Of a stretch of 49,150 nt of DNA, positions 1 to 8,710 are shown one piece after another. The number at the start of each line of letters is the position of its first letter. Position 1 is the stretch's first letter. The position numbers and the translations under genes were made by a program. The DNA is from Methanobacteriota archaeon (lineage in GTDB: Archaea; Hydrothermarchaeota; Hydrothermarchaeia; Hydrothermarchaeales; BMS3B): assembly GCA_003229935.1 (NCBI GenBank), contig QIGD01000002.1, positions 1-49,150 of the forward strand. The letters run 5' to 3'. The notes under the pieces were generated by a model. That model did no database searches, was not told where the DNA came from, and saw nothing but the letters and a program-made list of their open reading frames with translations.

Positions 1-83
1 CTGCTTATTTTAGACAATAAAGGCTAAATTTAGCTTATTTCCCGTAGTATTTTTGATTACGGGACAGCCTCTTTAGTCGTGGG
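1..83 (+). mobile_element. Copy A of hairpin-nested 105-bp MITE, truncated by window edge
   Basis: nt 1-83 are near-identical to nt 10024-10106 (ctgcttattttagacaataaagg ... ggacagcct CTTTAG tcgtggg). Ends 8 nt from the rps27ae stop. Confidence 0.85.
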
Positions 84-90
84 TGATTGA

Positions 91-246
91 CTATTTCTTT
101 TTCCAGACAGTATAACCACATGTGCCACAGGAAGACCTATCCCCGTGTTCTGCAAGAAAAACTCCATCACCACATCTGGGACAAGTCTGACGTTTTCGCT
201 CCAGCTTGTCTCCTTTAATTTCGTAATGCTTCCATTTCTGACCCAT
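91..246 (-). CDS. rps27ae: Ribosomal protein eS31 (S27ae), 51 aa, below the ORF-track cutoff
   Basis: Own translation: [51 protein letters not shown]. Has a CPRC...CGTC zinc ribbon and sits directly downstream of rps24e, as is usual in archaea. Confidence 0.9.
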   Translation of the reverse strand: MGQKWKHYEIKGDKLERKRQTCPRCGDGVFLAEHGDRSSCGTCGYTVWKKK

Positions 247-248
247 CT

Positions 249-575
249 TTAAGCCTCCTGTTTAGCAGCTTTATTCCTGAGTGACTTAAGCTCATCCTCA
301 GAAAAGTTCTTTTTAAGCAGATGTTCAGCTTCAATTTCGAGCATTGCTTTTCTGTTCTCATAAATCATTGCAGAACCTTCAGAAACTTTTACTCCAAAGC
401 TAGACTCTATTTTTTTCAGAATAAAGGCATTCTTATCTGCGCTAAGGATAACAATAAGCTTATTCCTGACTTCAGTTCTTGATGGTGTGGCTCCTTTCTG
501 AATAATAACCTTAAACCTTACCTCTCTCCTGTGTAGAACTGGATTATTTTTATCTTCAAGTATTTCAATCTCCAT
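249..575 (-). CDS. rps24e: Ribosomal protein eS24 (S24e)
   Basis: 108 aa. The N-terminal [20 protein letters not shown] pattern is typical of S24e. Conserved S24e-S27ae gene pair. Confidence 0.9.
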   Translation of the reverse strand: MEIEILEDKNNPVLHRREVRFKVIIQKGATPSRTEVRNKLIVILSADKNAFILKKIESSFGVKVSEGSAMIYENRKAMLEIEAEHLLKKNFSEDELKSLRNKAAKQEA

Positions 576-587
576 GACTTAGCCTCC

Positions 588-1106
588 TTATATCTTAAGT
601 TCTTTTCTATCCATTATCATCTTTATAATTATACCGACATGAAGTTTAGAGTCGTCACTACAGCTAACAAGAACAACACCCTGCTCCGGCTGCCCGTATA
701 TAACATAATCACCCCAATCTGCTTCAATAACAGCAGGGAGAACAGCTAGGTCTTCTTCACCTTCGACAATAATAGTAACTTCATCATCACTGTTAACAGC
801 CTCACGCACTGCATCCCAGAGTTCCTTTGTGATATGGGCAGGAGGGTTCTTTGCCCTTATCACCCTGCCAGAAGGCTCATGGCTATCAATGTTCTTCCTC
901 TTTGTTCTGAAGTCTATAATCTTCAATTTGGGTTTTATCCCTGCTTTCTCAGCCTCACTCGAAACTACATCTCCTACTGTTATGACCTTTGAGTCTCTAA
1001 CTCTCTTTTTGATTCTTTCCATTGCACCATCTTCTGTAAAAAGCTCTCCCAGAGGCTTTCTCAGATAAGGCCTCAGAGTATCAGGTAAAATCAAGTCTTC
1101 CATCAC
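588..1106 (-). CDS. DUF359 family protein (GTP-dependent dephospho-CoA kinase type)
   Basis: 172 aa with VGDVV motif. Occupies the conserved archaeal position between spt4 and rps24e. Confidence 0.7.
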   Translation of the reverse strand: MMEDLILPDTLRPYLRKPLGELFTEDGAMERIKKRVRDSKVITVGDVVSSEAEKAGIKPKLKIIDFRTKRKNIDSHEPSGRVIRAKNPPAHITKELWDAVREAVNSDDEVTIIVEGEEDLAVLPAVIEADWGDYVIYGQPEQGVVLVSCSDDSKLHVGIIIKMIMDRKELKI

Positions 1107-1291
1107 CTAATCCTCAATGCATATCTACCATTAATTTTAACTCCAAGCTTCTGGGCTATCTCTGATTTCTCTGGATTTACAATATATACAAAGCCGAACC
1201 ATTCTTCAGATGTGTTTACATTGCAGTATATGCAGGTATCTTCTGAAGTTATCATCCTGCAATGCTTGCATGCCTTTTCCTTTTTTGCCAT
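1103..1291 (-). CDS. spt4: Transcription elongation factor Spt4 / RpoE''
   Basis: 62 aa with CKHC...CIYC zinc ribbon. Follows rpoE' with a 4-nt overlap to the next gene. Confidence 0.85.
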   Translation of the reverse strand: MAKKEKACKHCRMITSEDTCIYCNVNTSEEWFGFVYIVNPEKSEIAQKLGVKINGRYALRIR

Positions 1292-1293
1292 TC

Positions 1294-1878
1294 TTACTTC
1301 TCCTTCTCCTTATTCTTAGCATTTTTCTTTGCATCTTCAATCCATTTAAATTTACCAAGGCCTGGCTGTCTCATTGTAAGATTTATTTTGGATTCCTTCT
1401 TCTTATCCGGGTTTAGGCTCACTGCAACAATCCTTGCTCTCACTCTATCATTCACTTCAAGAGCCTTTCTTGTTTCCTTGCCTACAAGAGCCTCTCTCTT
1501 CTTATCGTGGCTTATATAGTCATCTGTAATCTGGGAGACATGCACAAGGGCATCAAAGGCTGCAAATCTTACAAAAGCTCCAAATTCAACTATCTCGACA
1601 ACTTCACCATCGATAATTTCGTGAAGTTCGGGATGGAAAATAAGAACCTCAAATTCTGTTCTGTGGTAGGCTGCACCATCACCTGGAATTATCTTGCCTT
1701 CACCTATTTTGGTGATTTTATAAATTGCAAGTATCATTCCCATATCTGGGTTAAGCCTTCCTTCAAAACCACCCTCCTGTCTTTCCTTGAACATATATCC
1801 TTTTCTCAGAATGTCCTCTATAACTTCTTCAACAGGACTTCCAAATTTCTCTGGTGGAACTCTTATAAGTTCTTTCAT
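1294..1878 (-). CDS. rpoE: DNA-directed RNA polymerase subunit E' (Rpo7) with S1 domain
   Basis: 194 aa. Motif GEVVEIVEFGAFVRF...DALVHVSQITDDY is an S1 fold typical of Rpo7. Confidence 0.9.
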   Translation of the reverse strand: MKELIRVPPEKFGSPVEEVIEDILRKGYMFKERQEGGFEGRLNPDMGMILAIYKITKIGEGKIIPGDGAAYHRTEFEVLIFHPELHEIIDGEVVEIVEFGAFVRFAAFDALVHVSQITDDYISHDKKREALVGKETRKALEVNDRVRARIVAVSLNPDKKKESKINLTMRQPGLGKFKWIEDAKKNAKNKEKEK

Positions 1879-1909
1879 TAAAGCTAGCTTAAAAATTTTT
1901 ATACCTCCT

Positions 1910-2175
1910 TTATTTCAAGAGGCAGTGACCTGCTATCAATGGAGCGAAAATCACTGCTATATTTGTCATCTTCCTAGAGCTCCTGCAGTTACTATGCCAA
2001 CACATTTTGCATATTCAGAGCCTGCCTTGCCCTCCAGAATCCTGGGAATTTCCATAAAATGTCTTCTTATTTCTTCCACTACCTTATGAGCATTGGCATC
2101 AACTCCCTCCATAGCAAAGGCTGCAACGATAAGGGCAAGAATATCAATACCTATTCCTATCAAAGCTATTTCCAT
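1910..2175 (-). pseudogene. hppA: Internal fragment of membrane H+-translocating pyrophosphatase
   Basis: KVVEEIRRHFMEIPRILEGKAGSEYAKCVGIVTAGAL matches the conserved MVEEVRRQF..IPGLMEG.AKPDYA.CV.IST block. Similarity continues after a frameshift (KMTNIAVIFAPLIAG). Only about 90 of about 700 codons are present. Confidence 0.7.
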
Positions 2176-2562
2176 CTAAATGCCTCCATAACCACTTATG
2201 TTTAAAAGCTTTTCCTGCCTTAAAAATATTACTGCCTTTCCCATTTTTCTTATCTTCTCCTTTAAAAGCTTATCGTTGGTAGCTATTATATAGCCCTTTT
2301 CAGCCAGTTCAACAAGGGCTTCATCTTCTCCTGCTTCTGTTTTAACAACTTTATATCTTTTAGCAAGCTCCAAGGCAAGTTTTGCATCTCTCTTCATCTT
2401 TCCATGGCTCAGTCCTATGAGCTCCCGTATAACAGAGCTGGGAATGGATATATCTGCTCCTGGGAGGAGCTCTTCAAGCTGTTCTTCTATATCAACCCTG
2501 AATTGAAAGGGTAGTAAGAGAAAGTTAGTATCTAAAGCAACCTTAGGCATTGTCACCAACAT
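2176..2562 (-). CDS. PIN-domain protein (Fcf1/Utp24-like archaeal PIN)
   Basis: 128 aa with ALDTNFLL ... IIATNDKLLKEKI motifs. Conserved position upstream of rpoE'. Confidence 0.7.
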   Translation of the reverse strand: MLVTMPKVALDTNFLLLPFQFRVDIEEQLEELLPGADISIPSSVIRELIGLSHGKMKRDAKLALELAKRYKVVKTEAGEDEALVELAEKGYIIATNDKLLKEKIRKMGKAVIFLRQEKLLNISGYGGI

Positions 2563-2637
2563 GCTAAAATATTTTAAGATGAAACAAAAGTATAACTTCT
2601 ATGTTTCCTATTGTATATATAGATAGGAATTTATAAA

Positions 2638-2673
2638 CTGACATACTCTCACAAGACCGTGGGCTTTCTGCCC
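2638..2673 (-). repeat. Degenerate solo copy (G) of the IS200/IS605-like end hairpin
   Basis: The reverse complement reads gggcagaaagcccacggtcttgtgagagtatgtcag. Compare gcgggaaagcccacga...tcgtgggagtatgtcag in the other copies. Confidence 0.55.
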
Positions 2674-2695
2674 ATCAATTTGTAAGTGTAGTATA

Positions 2696-2995
2696 ATGCT
2701 ATACATTAACGAATACATATTTAAGGTAGAAAATTTAAATGTAAAAAGAGTTAATATGGTGGACTTTACCTATCTGAAGAATTTTACAGCAAAGTGCATA
2801 TACTGTTCGAATATTATAATAAAGTGGAATTACAGTGGTGCAGAGCTAACTATGTTCTGTGCTCTTTCAAAAGATATGCGCTCAGAGGAATGCGGTTTCT
2901 TTGACCTTATTAAAGTTGTGGCATGCAATAAATGTGGAGAAAGGTGTGAGACAAATATGAAATACTGCTCAAATTGTGGTTCCCTTCTGAAATAA
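2696..2995 (+). CDS. Hypothetical zinc-ribbon protein (start possibly at 2756)
   Basis: C-terminal CNKCGERCETNMKYCSNCGS double CxxC motif. Confidence 0.45.
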   Translation: MLYINEYIFKVENLNVKRVNMVDFTYLKNFTAKCIYCSNIIIKWNYSGAELTMFCALSKDMRSEECGFFDLIKVVACNKCGERCETNMKYCSNCGSLLK

Positions 2996-2996
2996 T

Positions 2997-3410
2997 CTAC
3001 CCCTTCATTATGTAGAAAAACTCCCTTCCATAGTTAACAAGCTTTAAACCCTCGATATCGAAGCAGCAGTCACCAGAGAAAGGTCGAATAATTAAATCTG
3101 CCTTCACATATCTGGCAATTTTTTTTAGAGCGGGATAGAGTTCCGGTTCTGGCCTAATAGCATATATAAGCTCTGCCCCTCTATAAATCTCCAATTTTGG
3201 ATTAAATATATCATCTCTATCAATGCCCTTCAGGTCTTTAATGTCAACTCCAGTTACTTCACCATCAATCTTTTCCTTTAGTTTTGTCAGTACTTCAGTA
3301 TAATTACCAACACCAACTTCTACAATTTTACTGGCTGAAGAATAGTTCTTCAGGATATACTCTAAAATCTCCTGCATTACCTTAGAAAATAATTTAACAC
3401 AATAAAGCAA
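2997..3410 (-). CDS. UPF0146 family methyltransferase-fold protein
   Basis: IVEVGVGNY...VTGVDI...AELIYAIRPEPELYPALKKIA..ADLIIRP matches the UPF0146 pattern. Confidence 0.65.
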   Translation of the reverse strand: MLYCVKLFSKVMQEILEYILKNYSSASKIVEVGVGNYTEVLTKLKEKIDGEVTGVDIKDLKGIDRDDIFNPKLEIYRGAELIYAIRPEPELYPALKKIARYVKADLIIRPFSGDCCFDIEGLKLVNYGREFFYIMKG

Positions 3411-3429
3411 TATCTTAAAAGGTGCATAA

Positions 3430-3867
3430 ATGTTGATTATAAGGAAATTTACACCAGCTGATCTGTCAAGTGTTTATAAAGTGGAAGTTGAGAGTTTCGA
3501 AGACCCATATCATCCAGTATTTCTTATGAATCTCTATGAGCTCCATGGCGACATGTTTTTTGTAGTAGAATGGGTGGGCAAAATTGTAGGCTATATTATT
3601 GCAAGAGAGGTAGGTGATAGCGGTCATATAATAGCAATAGCTGTGGCAAAAGATTTCAGAAAAGAGGGTATTGGCAGCATGCTTATGGAAACTGTTGAGA
3701 AAACACTTTTAAGAAAAGGAGTTAGAGAAATATGGCTTGAAGTCAGAGTTTCAAATAAAGAAGCTATTGAGTTCTACACCAGACTTGGCTATTCTATGGC
3801 AGGTGTGCAGGAATATTACTATGTTGATGGAGAAGATGCACTTATACTGAAAAAATATTTCTATTGA
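3430..3867 (+). CDS. rimI: GNAT N-acetyltransferase, RimI/Ard1-like
   Basis: 145 aa with HIIAIAVAKDFRKEGIGSMLM acetyl-CoA binding motif and RVSNKEAIEFYTRLGY. Confidence 0.8.
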   Translation: MLIIRKFTPADLSSVYKVEVESFEDPYHPVFLMNLYELHGDMFFVVEWVGKIVGYIIAREVGDSGHIIAIAVAKDFRKEGIGSMLMETVEKTLLRKGVREIWLEVRVSNKEAIEFYTRLGYSMAGVQEYYYVDGEDALILKKYFY

Positions 3868-3880
3868 AGTGAAGGAAGTA

Positions 3881-4183
3881 TTATATTATGCCAAGACCAA
3901 TGATTCCCCATATAACAAGAAGTAGACCAGCAATTCTCATGGCTGTCTCGGCTATACCCTTACCTACAAATACCAGAGCAAGACCAATTATTACTGGCAG
4001 GGCTATATCTGGAAATGTATGTATTTTTATTATATAGTATTCATATCCAGCGAAGATTATAAATATAAGACCCACAGTTTTTACGACAAAGCCGACTATT
4101 CTCGAAGCAACAAATATCAGTACAATACCAACAATAATTTTAAATATTGGCATTGCAATAGGCACAGCAGTTGGTACATCCAT
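3881..4183 (-). CDS. Small membrane protein, about 3 TM helices
   Basis: Hydrophobic 100-aa ORF with no recognisable family. Confidence 0.5.
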   Translation of the reverse strand: MDVPTAVPIAMPIFKIIVGIVLIFVASRIVGFVVKTVGLIFIIFAGYEYYIIKIHTFPDIALPVIIGLALVFVGKGIAETAMRIAGLLLVIWGIIGLGII

Positions 4184-4229
4184 GATTTAACTTAATAACT
4201 AACTGATTGAAATACCTTTTGGTGATTAA

Positions 4230-4973
4230 ATGATTGAAGCAGATTTTCTAATTGAGAGTATGGGAAATAGCAGTTATGCAGTTGAAAGAAGTCTTAATAA
4301 ACTTGTGAAGGATATAGAGATAGATGAAGAGGTTGAACTTGTTGAAAAAGATGTGGGTGAAGTGAAAAAAGAAGAAGGCTCTTATACAGGTATAGTTGAG
4401 CTGGAGCTTAAATTCGGTGATATGAAAAGTTTTATCAGAGGAGTTATAAAGTATCCTCCAAGTGCCATTCTTCTGAACTCTCCTGCAGAAATAACTATGA
4501 GCAGAGATGAGTTTCAGCAGCTCCTTGCTTTTACAGGGAGTATAATAAAAGACCTTTATTCACACTATCATGTTGGATTTGTGTTTGAAGACATTGAAGA
4601 AGAGTTCACTCCTATTGATGAGGAGGAGATTGATTCTATTCTTGACCATGGCGCTGTAAGAGTTGGTGTACTTATTGAAAATGAGGATGAAGATTTTAAT
4701 ACCCTTATTTCAAGAGTTATTGAGTCTATAAATGGTGATGTAGAATACATTAAGGCTGAGGAGATGGAACTTGAGGCAGGCAGGGTTGTTGCTCTTGACC
4801 TTTTAATAGAACCTCCCAGCAGTGTGTTTGATATGGTGCTGAGACATGTGCCAATGGTTATAAAAATTATGGAGCCTGAAAACATAACTCTGAGTATGCT
4901 GGATATCCAGGATATAAGTACAAATGTTGCTGAAGTGATAAATGATGTTATGATTCAAAATGCAGTTAAGTGA
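4230..4973 (+). CDS. Hypothetical acidic protein
   Basis: 247 aa, Glu/Asp-rich, with an upstream ggtga RBS. No family recognised. Confidence 0.55.
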   Translation: MIEADFLIESMGNSSYAVERSLNKLVKDIEIDEEVELVEKDVGEVKKEEGSYTGIVELELKFGDMKSFIRGVIKYPPSAILLNSPAEITMSRDEFQQLLAFTGSIIKDLYSHYHVGFVFEDIEEEFTPIDEEEIDSILDHGAVRVGVLIENEDEDFNTLISRVIESINGDVEYIKAEEMELEAGRVVALDLLIEPPSSVFDMVLRHVPMVIKIMEPENITLSMLDIQDISTNVAEVINDVMIQNAVK

Positions 4974-4980
4974 TTGAAGT

Positions 4981-5400
4981 CAATCATCCACGGCTAAAGC
5001 ATGTGGACTTGTTCCGTGAGGAATAATTGTAACTAGTTTATTAGGAGGCATTAAAACATGCAAAAGTTATTGGTAGAGTTCAAGAACGCATCAGGAAATG
5101 TTCATCAAGCCCCCTGCTCTGTAAGTGGTAGAGTGTTAAACAGAGAGAAAAGTCTCAGTGCGCCTCACATAGTACTGGCTGATAACAGCTCTGATGAAGA
5201 CCAACACTCTGATAAGAGTGAGCAGGACTTGAGAGTTTCTGTCATAAATATGCAAAACCAACTGATACCTGATAGTGCTAAGAACAGTGAGCAGGTTAAA
5301 ATACCTGCTGGTTTGGATTGGATTAATACTCTTTTTCTTTTATACCATTCTAAAAAAGGTGAGATAGGGCAATTCCTCCTATCCTTGAAGGAGGTTGGTA
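4981..5400 (+). repeat. Hairpin-bounded ~0.4-kb repeat, copy 1 (PATE-like), carrying small ORF 5058..5411
   Basis: Aligns end to end with the reverse complement of 22819..23252 (roughly 70% nt identity by eye). Terminal hairpins at 4987-5007 and 5375-5394. Confidence 0.75.
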
Positions 5401-5411
5401 TCTTTGCCTGA
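5058..5411 (+). CDS. Repeat-borne small ORF, paralog of 22850..23176
   Basis: MQKLLVEFKNASG..APCSV..LNREKSLS..VLADNSSDED...EQVKIPAGLDWI aligns with the copy-2 ORF. RBS attaggagg and the ATG are conserved in both. Many non-synonymous differences, so coding status is uncertain. Confidence 0.35.
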   Translation: MQKLLVEFKNASGNVHQAPCSVSGRVLNREKSLSAPHIVLADNSSDEDQHSDKSEQDLRVSVINMQNQLIPDSAKNSEQVKIPAGLDWINTLFLLYHSKKGEIGQFLLSLKEVGIFA

Positions 5412-6471
5412 ATTTGATGAATTAAATGATGTTATAACTGGGTTAATGAAGAATATTGATGATGTCAGAGGGAAGGGAGAAGAAGAGGCAAAGATTAGAA
5501 CTAAGTTGGGTTTTGCCTATGCTATCAGCGGAGAGATAGAAAAGGCAGAGAAGGAATACAGTAAGGCTTTTGAAATCTACAGAAAGCTGAGAAATGACTC
5601 AGGGAAGGCGACCTGCTATGGTAACCTTGGAGTTATATATGGAATGAAAGAGGACTTTGAAAAGGCTCTGGAATATTACAATAAAGCTCTTGAATTACAT
5701 GAGAAGCTGGGACTTAGAAAGGAAGCAGCCCAGGATTATATCAATATGTCTCTTGTAAATAAAAGTATAAATAATCTTGAGGAAGCAGAAAAACGTCTAA
5801 AAAGTGCCCTTGATATTATACTTGAGGTAGAGGATAAGGAAAAACTGGCATCAGTATATTCTCTCTTGGGTACGCTAAAATTTGACATGGAAAAATTTGA
5901 TAAGTCAGCTATATATTTCAATAAGGCTGAGGATATCTATGATGAAATAGAGGATAATGAAGACTATGCTCTTGGAGCCATTAATCTTGCATCTGCTCTT
6001 CAGGCACAGACAAAGCTTGAGGAGGCAGAGAAAAGTTATATTAAAGCCTTTAATATGCTAAAAAAACTCAATAGTGCTGAGTTTTCAAAGGCTGCTCTGG
6101 GGCTTTTTGAAATTTATATAATATATGCGATTTCTGACTACAATCACAACAAGAATTATAAGGAGAAGATGAAACAGGCCTATGATTTTCTAAAAGATGT
6201 TGGTACCCAAGAAGCTCTTGAAGGTATAATAAAGAATTTCAATGGCCTCCTTAAAGTAAATCCTGGTTTTGTTGAGGTGGCAGTAAAAGAGTCAATTTAT
6301 CTGGGTGATGGAGCTCTGGAAACTCTCAGGCCTCTTGAGATAGCCGCACAGAAAATTGAAAAAGGTGAAACCTCTCTGGAAGATGTTAACATGGAATACA
6401 GAGATGTGGTGGGTAGCATACTTGAAAGGATTAAGCATTCTTCCCCTTTATCATCTCATAAAACTGGCTGA
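5395..6471 (+). CDS. TPR-repeat protein (start uncertain: TTG 5395 or ATG 5446)
   Basis: Repeated A..Y.KAL.I..KLG-type 34-aa units throughout. Confidence 0.75.
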   Translation: MVSLPEFDELNDVITGLMKNIDDVRGKGEEEAKIRTKLGFAYAISGEIEKAEKEYSKAFEIYRKLRNDSGKATCYGNLGVIYGMKEDFEKALEYYNKALELHEKLGLRKEAAQDYINMSLVNKSINNLEEAEKRLKSALDIILEVEDKEKLASVYSLLGTLKFDMEKFDKSAIYFNKAEDIYDEIEDNEDYALGAINLASALQAQTKLEEAEKSYIKAFNMLKKLNSAEFSKAALGLFEIYIIYAISDYNHNKNYKEKMKQAYDFLKDVGTQEALEGIIKNFNGLLKVNPGFVEVAVKESIYLGDGALETLRPLEIAAQKIEKGETSLEDVNMEYRDVVGSILERIKHSSPLSSHKTG

Positions 6472-6751
6472 AACTTATTTCTTTTCCTGAAGTTTCTTTA
6501 AGTACATATTTTTCATCATCTACTTTCCCTTTTAGATAATCAACAAGGAAGACTATTCGGCTGCTTTTTCTAAGTTCTTCATCATTCTTGCTTTTTATAA
6601 GTCCTCTGAGTTCAAAAAGAAATCTAGGTGTTTCTATTTCTGAATCAAAGCAGTTTCTGCACAGCACTCTGCCTGTTCTCAGTCTGTGATAAATATCCCT
6701 GACTATCTCCTTACCACAGAAACTGCATTCAATCGTCAGATTTTTGGACAT
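6431..6751 (-). CDS. Hypothetical CxxC...CxxC zinc-binding protein
   Basis: CSFCGKEI...VLCRNCF at the N-terminus. Lies downstream of mrp. Confidence 0.45.
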   Translation of the reverse strand: MSKNLTIECSFCGKEIVRDIYHRLRTGRVLCRNCFDSEIETPRFLFELRGLIKSKNDEELRKSSRIVFLVDYLKGKVDDEKYVLKETSGKEISFSQFYEMIKGKNA

Positions 6752-7560
6752 ATTTTTCGACCTCCTCTACTATCTTCCAGAAAATCTCTGCTGCTACAGA
6801 AGTATTATCTGTGACGAATGGTATGCCTTCTTCACTGAGCTTGCCCACTGTTGCCTCTATAGGTAATCTTCCCAGCAATTTCAGTCTGTACTTCTTTAAA
6901 AATCTGTCTACCTCTCGGAAAAATCTCTTCCTTAGTGCCACAGCTCCTGCAGATATGATAACTCATATTCTCTATAAGACCTATCAGAGGCACTTCCATC
7001 TTGTTCAGAAGTTCAACACTTTTTGTAGCGTCCATGAGAGCAATATTCTGGGGTGTGGTTACAACAATGGCACCTGTTATTTCAGGAAGTACCTGCATAA
7101 CAGTTAATATCCCATCTCCTATGCCGGGGGGCAGGTCTATTATGAGATAATCGAGATTTCCCCATACTACATCTCTGAGGAAGTTTACTATAGCTTTTAT
7201 TACCATTGGACCGCGCCATGCGACAGAACCCGAGAAGTAATCAAGCAGAGGTTCCATGGAGATTAACTTCACATTATAAGCTTCAAGAGGATAGATTCTG
7301 TCATCAAGAACCTCGGGTTTAGCAGCGTTTAGCCCGAAAAATCGGGTAATATTTGGTCCAGTTATATCTGCATCAATAAGACCAACTTTGGAATCTCTTG
7401 CTGCAAGAGCATAGGCAAGACTTGCCGAGATTGTGCTTTTACCAACCCCACCTTTTCCACCTACAACAATAATCACCTTCTTTACTCTTGCCATATTTTC
7501 AATTATCATACTCTGAAAATCGCTTCTATCTTCCATGACAGAGCAAAAAGAAGTTAACAA
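6729..7560 (-). pseudogene. mrp: Mrp/NBP35 (ApbC) Fe-S cluster carrier ATPase, split by a 1-nt frameshift near 6920-6930
   Basis: GGKGGVGKST Walker A, DLPPG and ENMSYHICRSCG motifs in ORF 6832..7560. The family C-terminus (DRFLKKYRLKLLGRLPIE...GIPFV) continues in ORF 6729..6941 in another frame. Confidence 0.75.
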
Positions 7561-7629
7561 AGTAACCCTAATTAAAATCAGACAAAATAAAAATCAGATT
7601 AAAAATATTAAAAGAAAAATAGATGGTTT

Positions 7630-8709
7630 TTACACCATCTTGAAGTTTGTACCCTTTCTATATGTTTCAACACTGAAAATCCAGTCATCAATGCTCTTGT
7701 CACTGAATGGGATGTCAGTTATTTGGAAGAATTTTTCCCAGCCGATGCGCTCTATCCACTCACCAACTCTCTCATCTTCTTCAGCATTGGCTTTGTAGAT
7801 ATCCACAATCTTCCTGACAACCTTAACAACATTTTCCCAATGTGGTGGTTCATTTGGCATGAATGGTATTATCAGGCGTGCAAGAAGTGGTCCTTTCCTT
7901 GTATTGGACACCTTACCACCAACCCATATACTCACACCATCATACTCAGGGTTATGTATTGGCATACCTTCACACAGACTATAGCAGATACCACAGTACA
8001 TACACTTCTCTTCATCAATAACAACAGTCTTTAAATTGCCTCTCTTTGGTTTTATTGCATATTTTGGGCATGACTTGATCAAGTTGGGCACAGAGCAGAA
8101 CTTCTCGACTATCTCATCAATCACAGTTGGTACTTTTCTGTGCATACCAATTATGGCTATATCACTGGCATGTGTTGCTCCGCACATGTTAATGCAACCT
8201 GAAACAGCCATCTTTATTCTCTCAGGGAAAGCATTGTTGTCCTTAAACTCATCATAGAACTCTTCATAGAGAGCTTTTGTTATTGAAGGAGAGTCTGTAG
8301 CTGGAGTATGGCAGTGAGTCCAGCCTACACACTGAATTATTGCCTTCAGGCTGTGATCAGTGCCTCCAACTGGGAAACCCATTGCCTCAACGTCTTTTAT
8401 AACACTGTCGACATCTTTGGCTTTGGGTACTATAAAGCTCACATTGTGTCTTGAGGTGAACTTTATGTAGCCTTCGCAATACTTTTCAGCTATATCGCAG
8501 AGTTTGTTTACAGTTTCTGCTGCAACATACTTTGGTATAGCTGCTCTTACAGTATAGGCTTCATCTCCGCTCTCTGCCACATGCTTTATCACACCACCCT
8601 TTATATGCTCGTGGTATTTCCACTTACCATAATTTTTCTTGGACACAGGCGGTAAAAACTCCTTATAATCCGGTGGTCCAAAATCCAGTTCATCAAGACT
8701 TAGTACCAT
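7630..8709 (-). CDS. dsrB: Dissimilatory sulfite reductase beta subunit
   Basis: GPPDYKEFLPPV..KNYGKW.YHE, CVGWTHCHTPATD, SGCINMCGATHASDIAIIG, EEKCMYCGICYSLC and ERVGEWIERIGWEKFF blocks are typical of DsrB. Confidence 0.85.
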   Translation of the reverse strand: MVLSLDELDFGPPDYKEFLPPVSKKNYGKWKYHEHIKGGVIKHVAESGDEAYTVRAAIPKYVAAETVNKLCDIAEKYCEGYIKFTSRHNVSFIVPKAKDVDSVIKDVEAMGFPVGGTDHSLKAIIQCVGWTHCHTPATDSPSITKALYEEFYDEFKDNNAFPERIKMAVSGCINMCGATHASDIAIIGMHRKVPTVIDEIVEKFCSVPNLIKSCPKYAIKPKRGNLKTVVIDEEKCMYCGICYSLCEGMPIHNPEYDGVSIWVGGKVSNTRKGPLLARLIIPFMPNEPPHWENVVKVVRKIVDIYKANAEEDERVGEWIERIGWEKFFQITDIPFSDKSIDDWIFSVETYRKGTNFKMV

Positions 8710-8710
8710 T

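Noticed and set aside
5058-5330. The two diverged ~270-nt segments (5058-5330 and 22850-23176) as a diversity-generating retroelement template/variable repeat pair.
   Set aside because: The differences are not restricted to adenine positions and include indels. No reverse transcriptase is nearby, and the homology extends beyond any ORF into the terminal hairpins.
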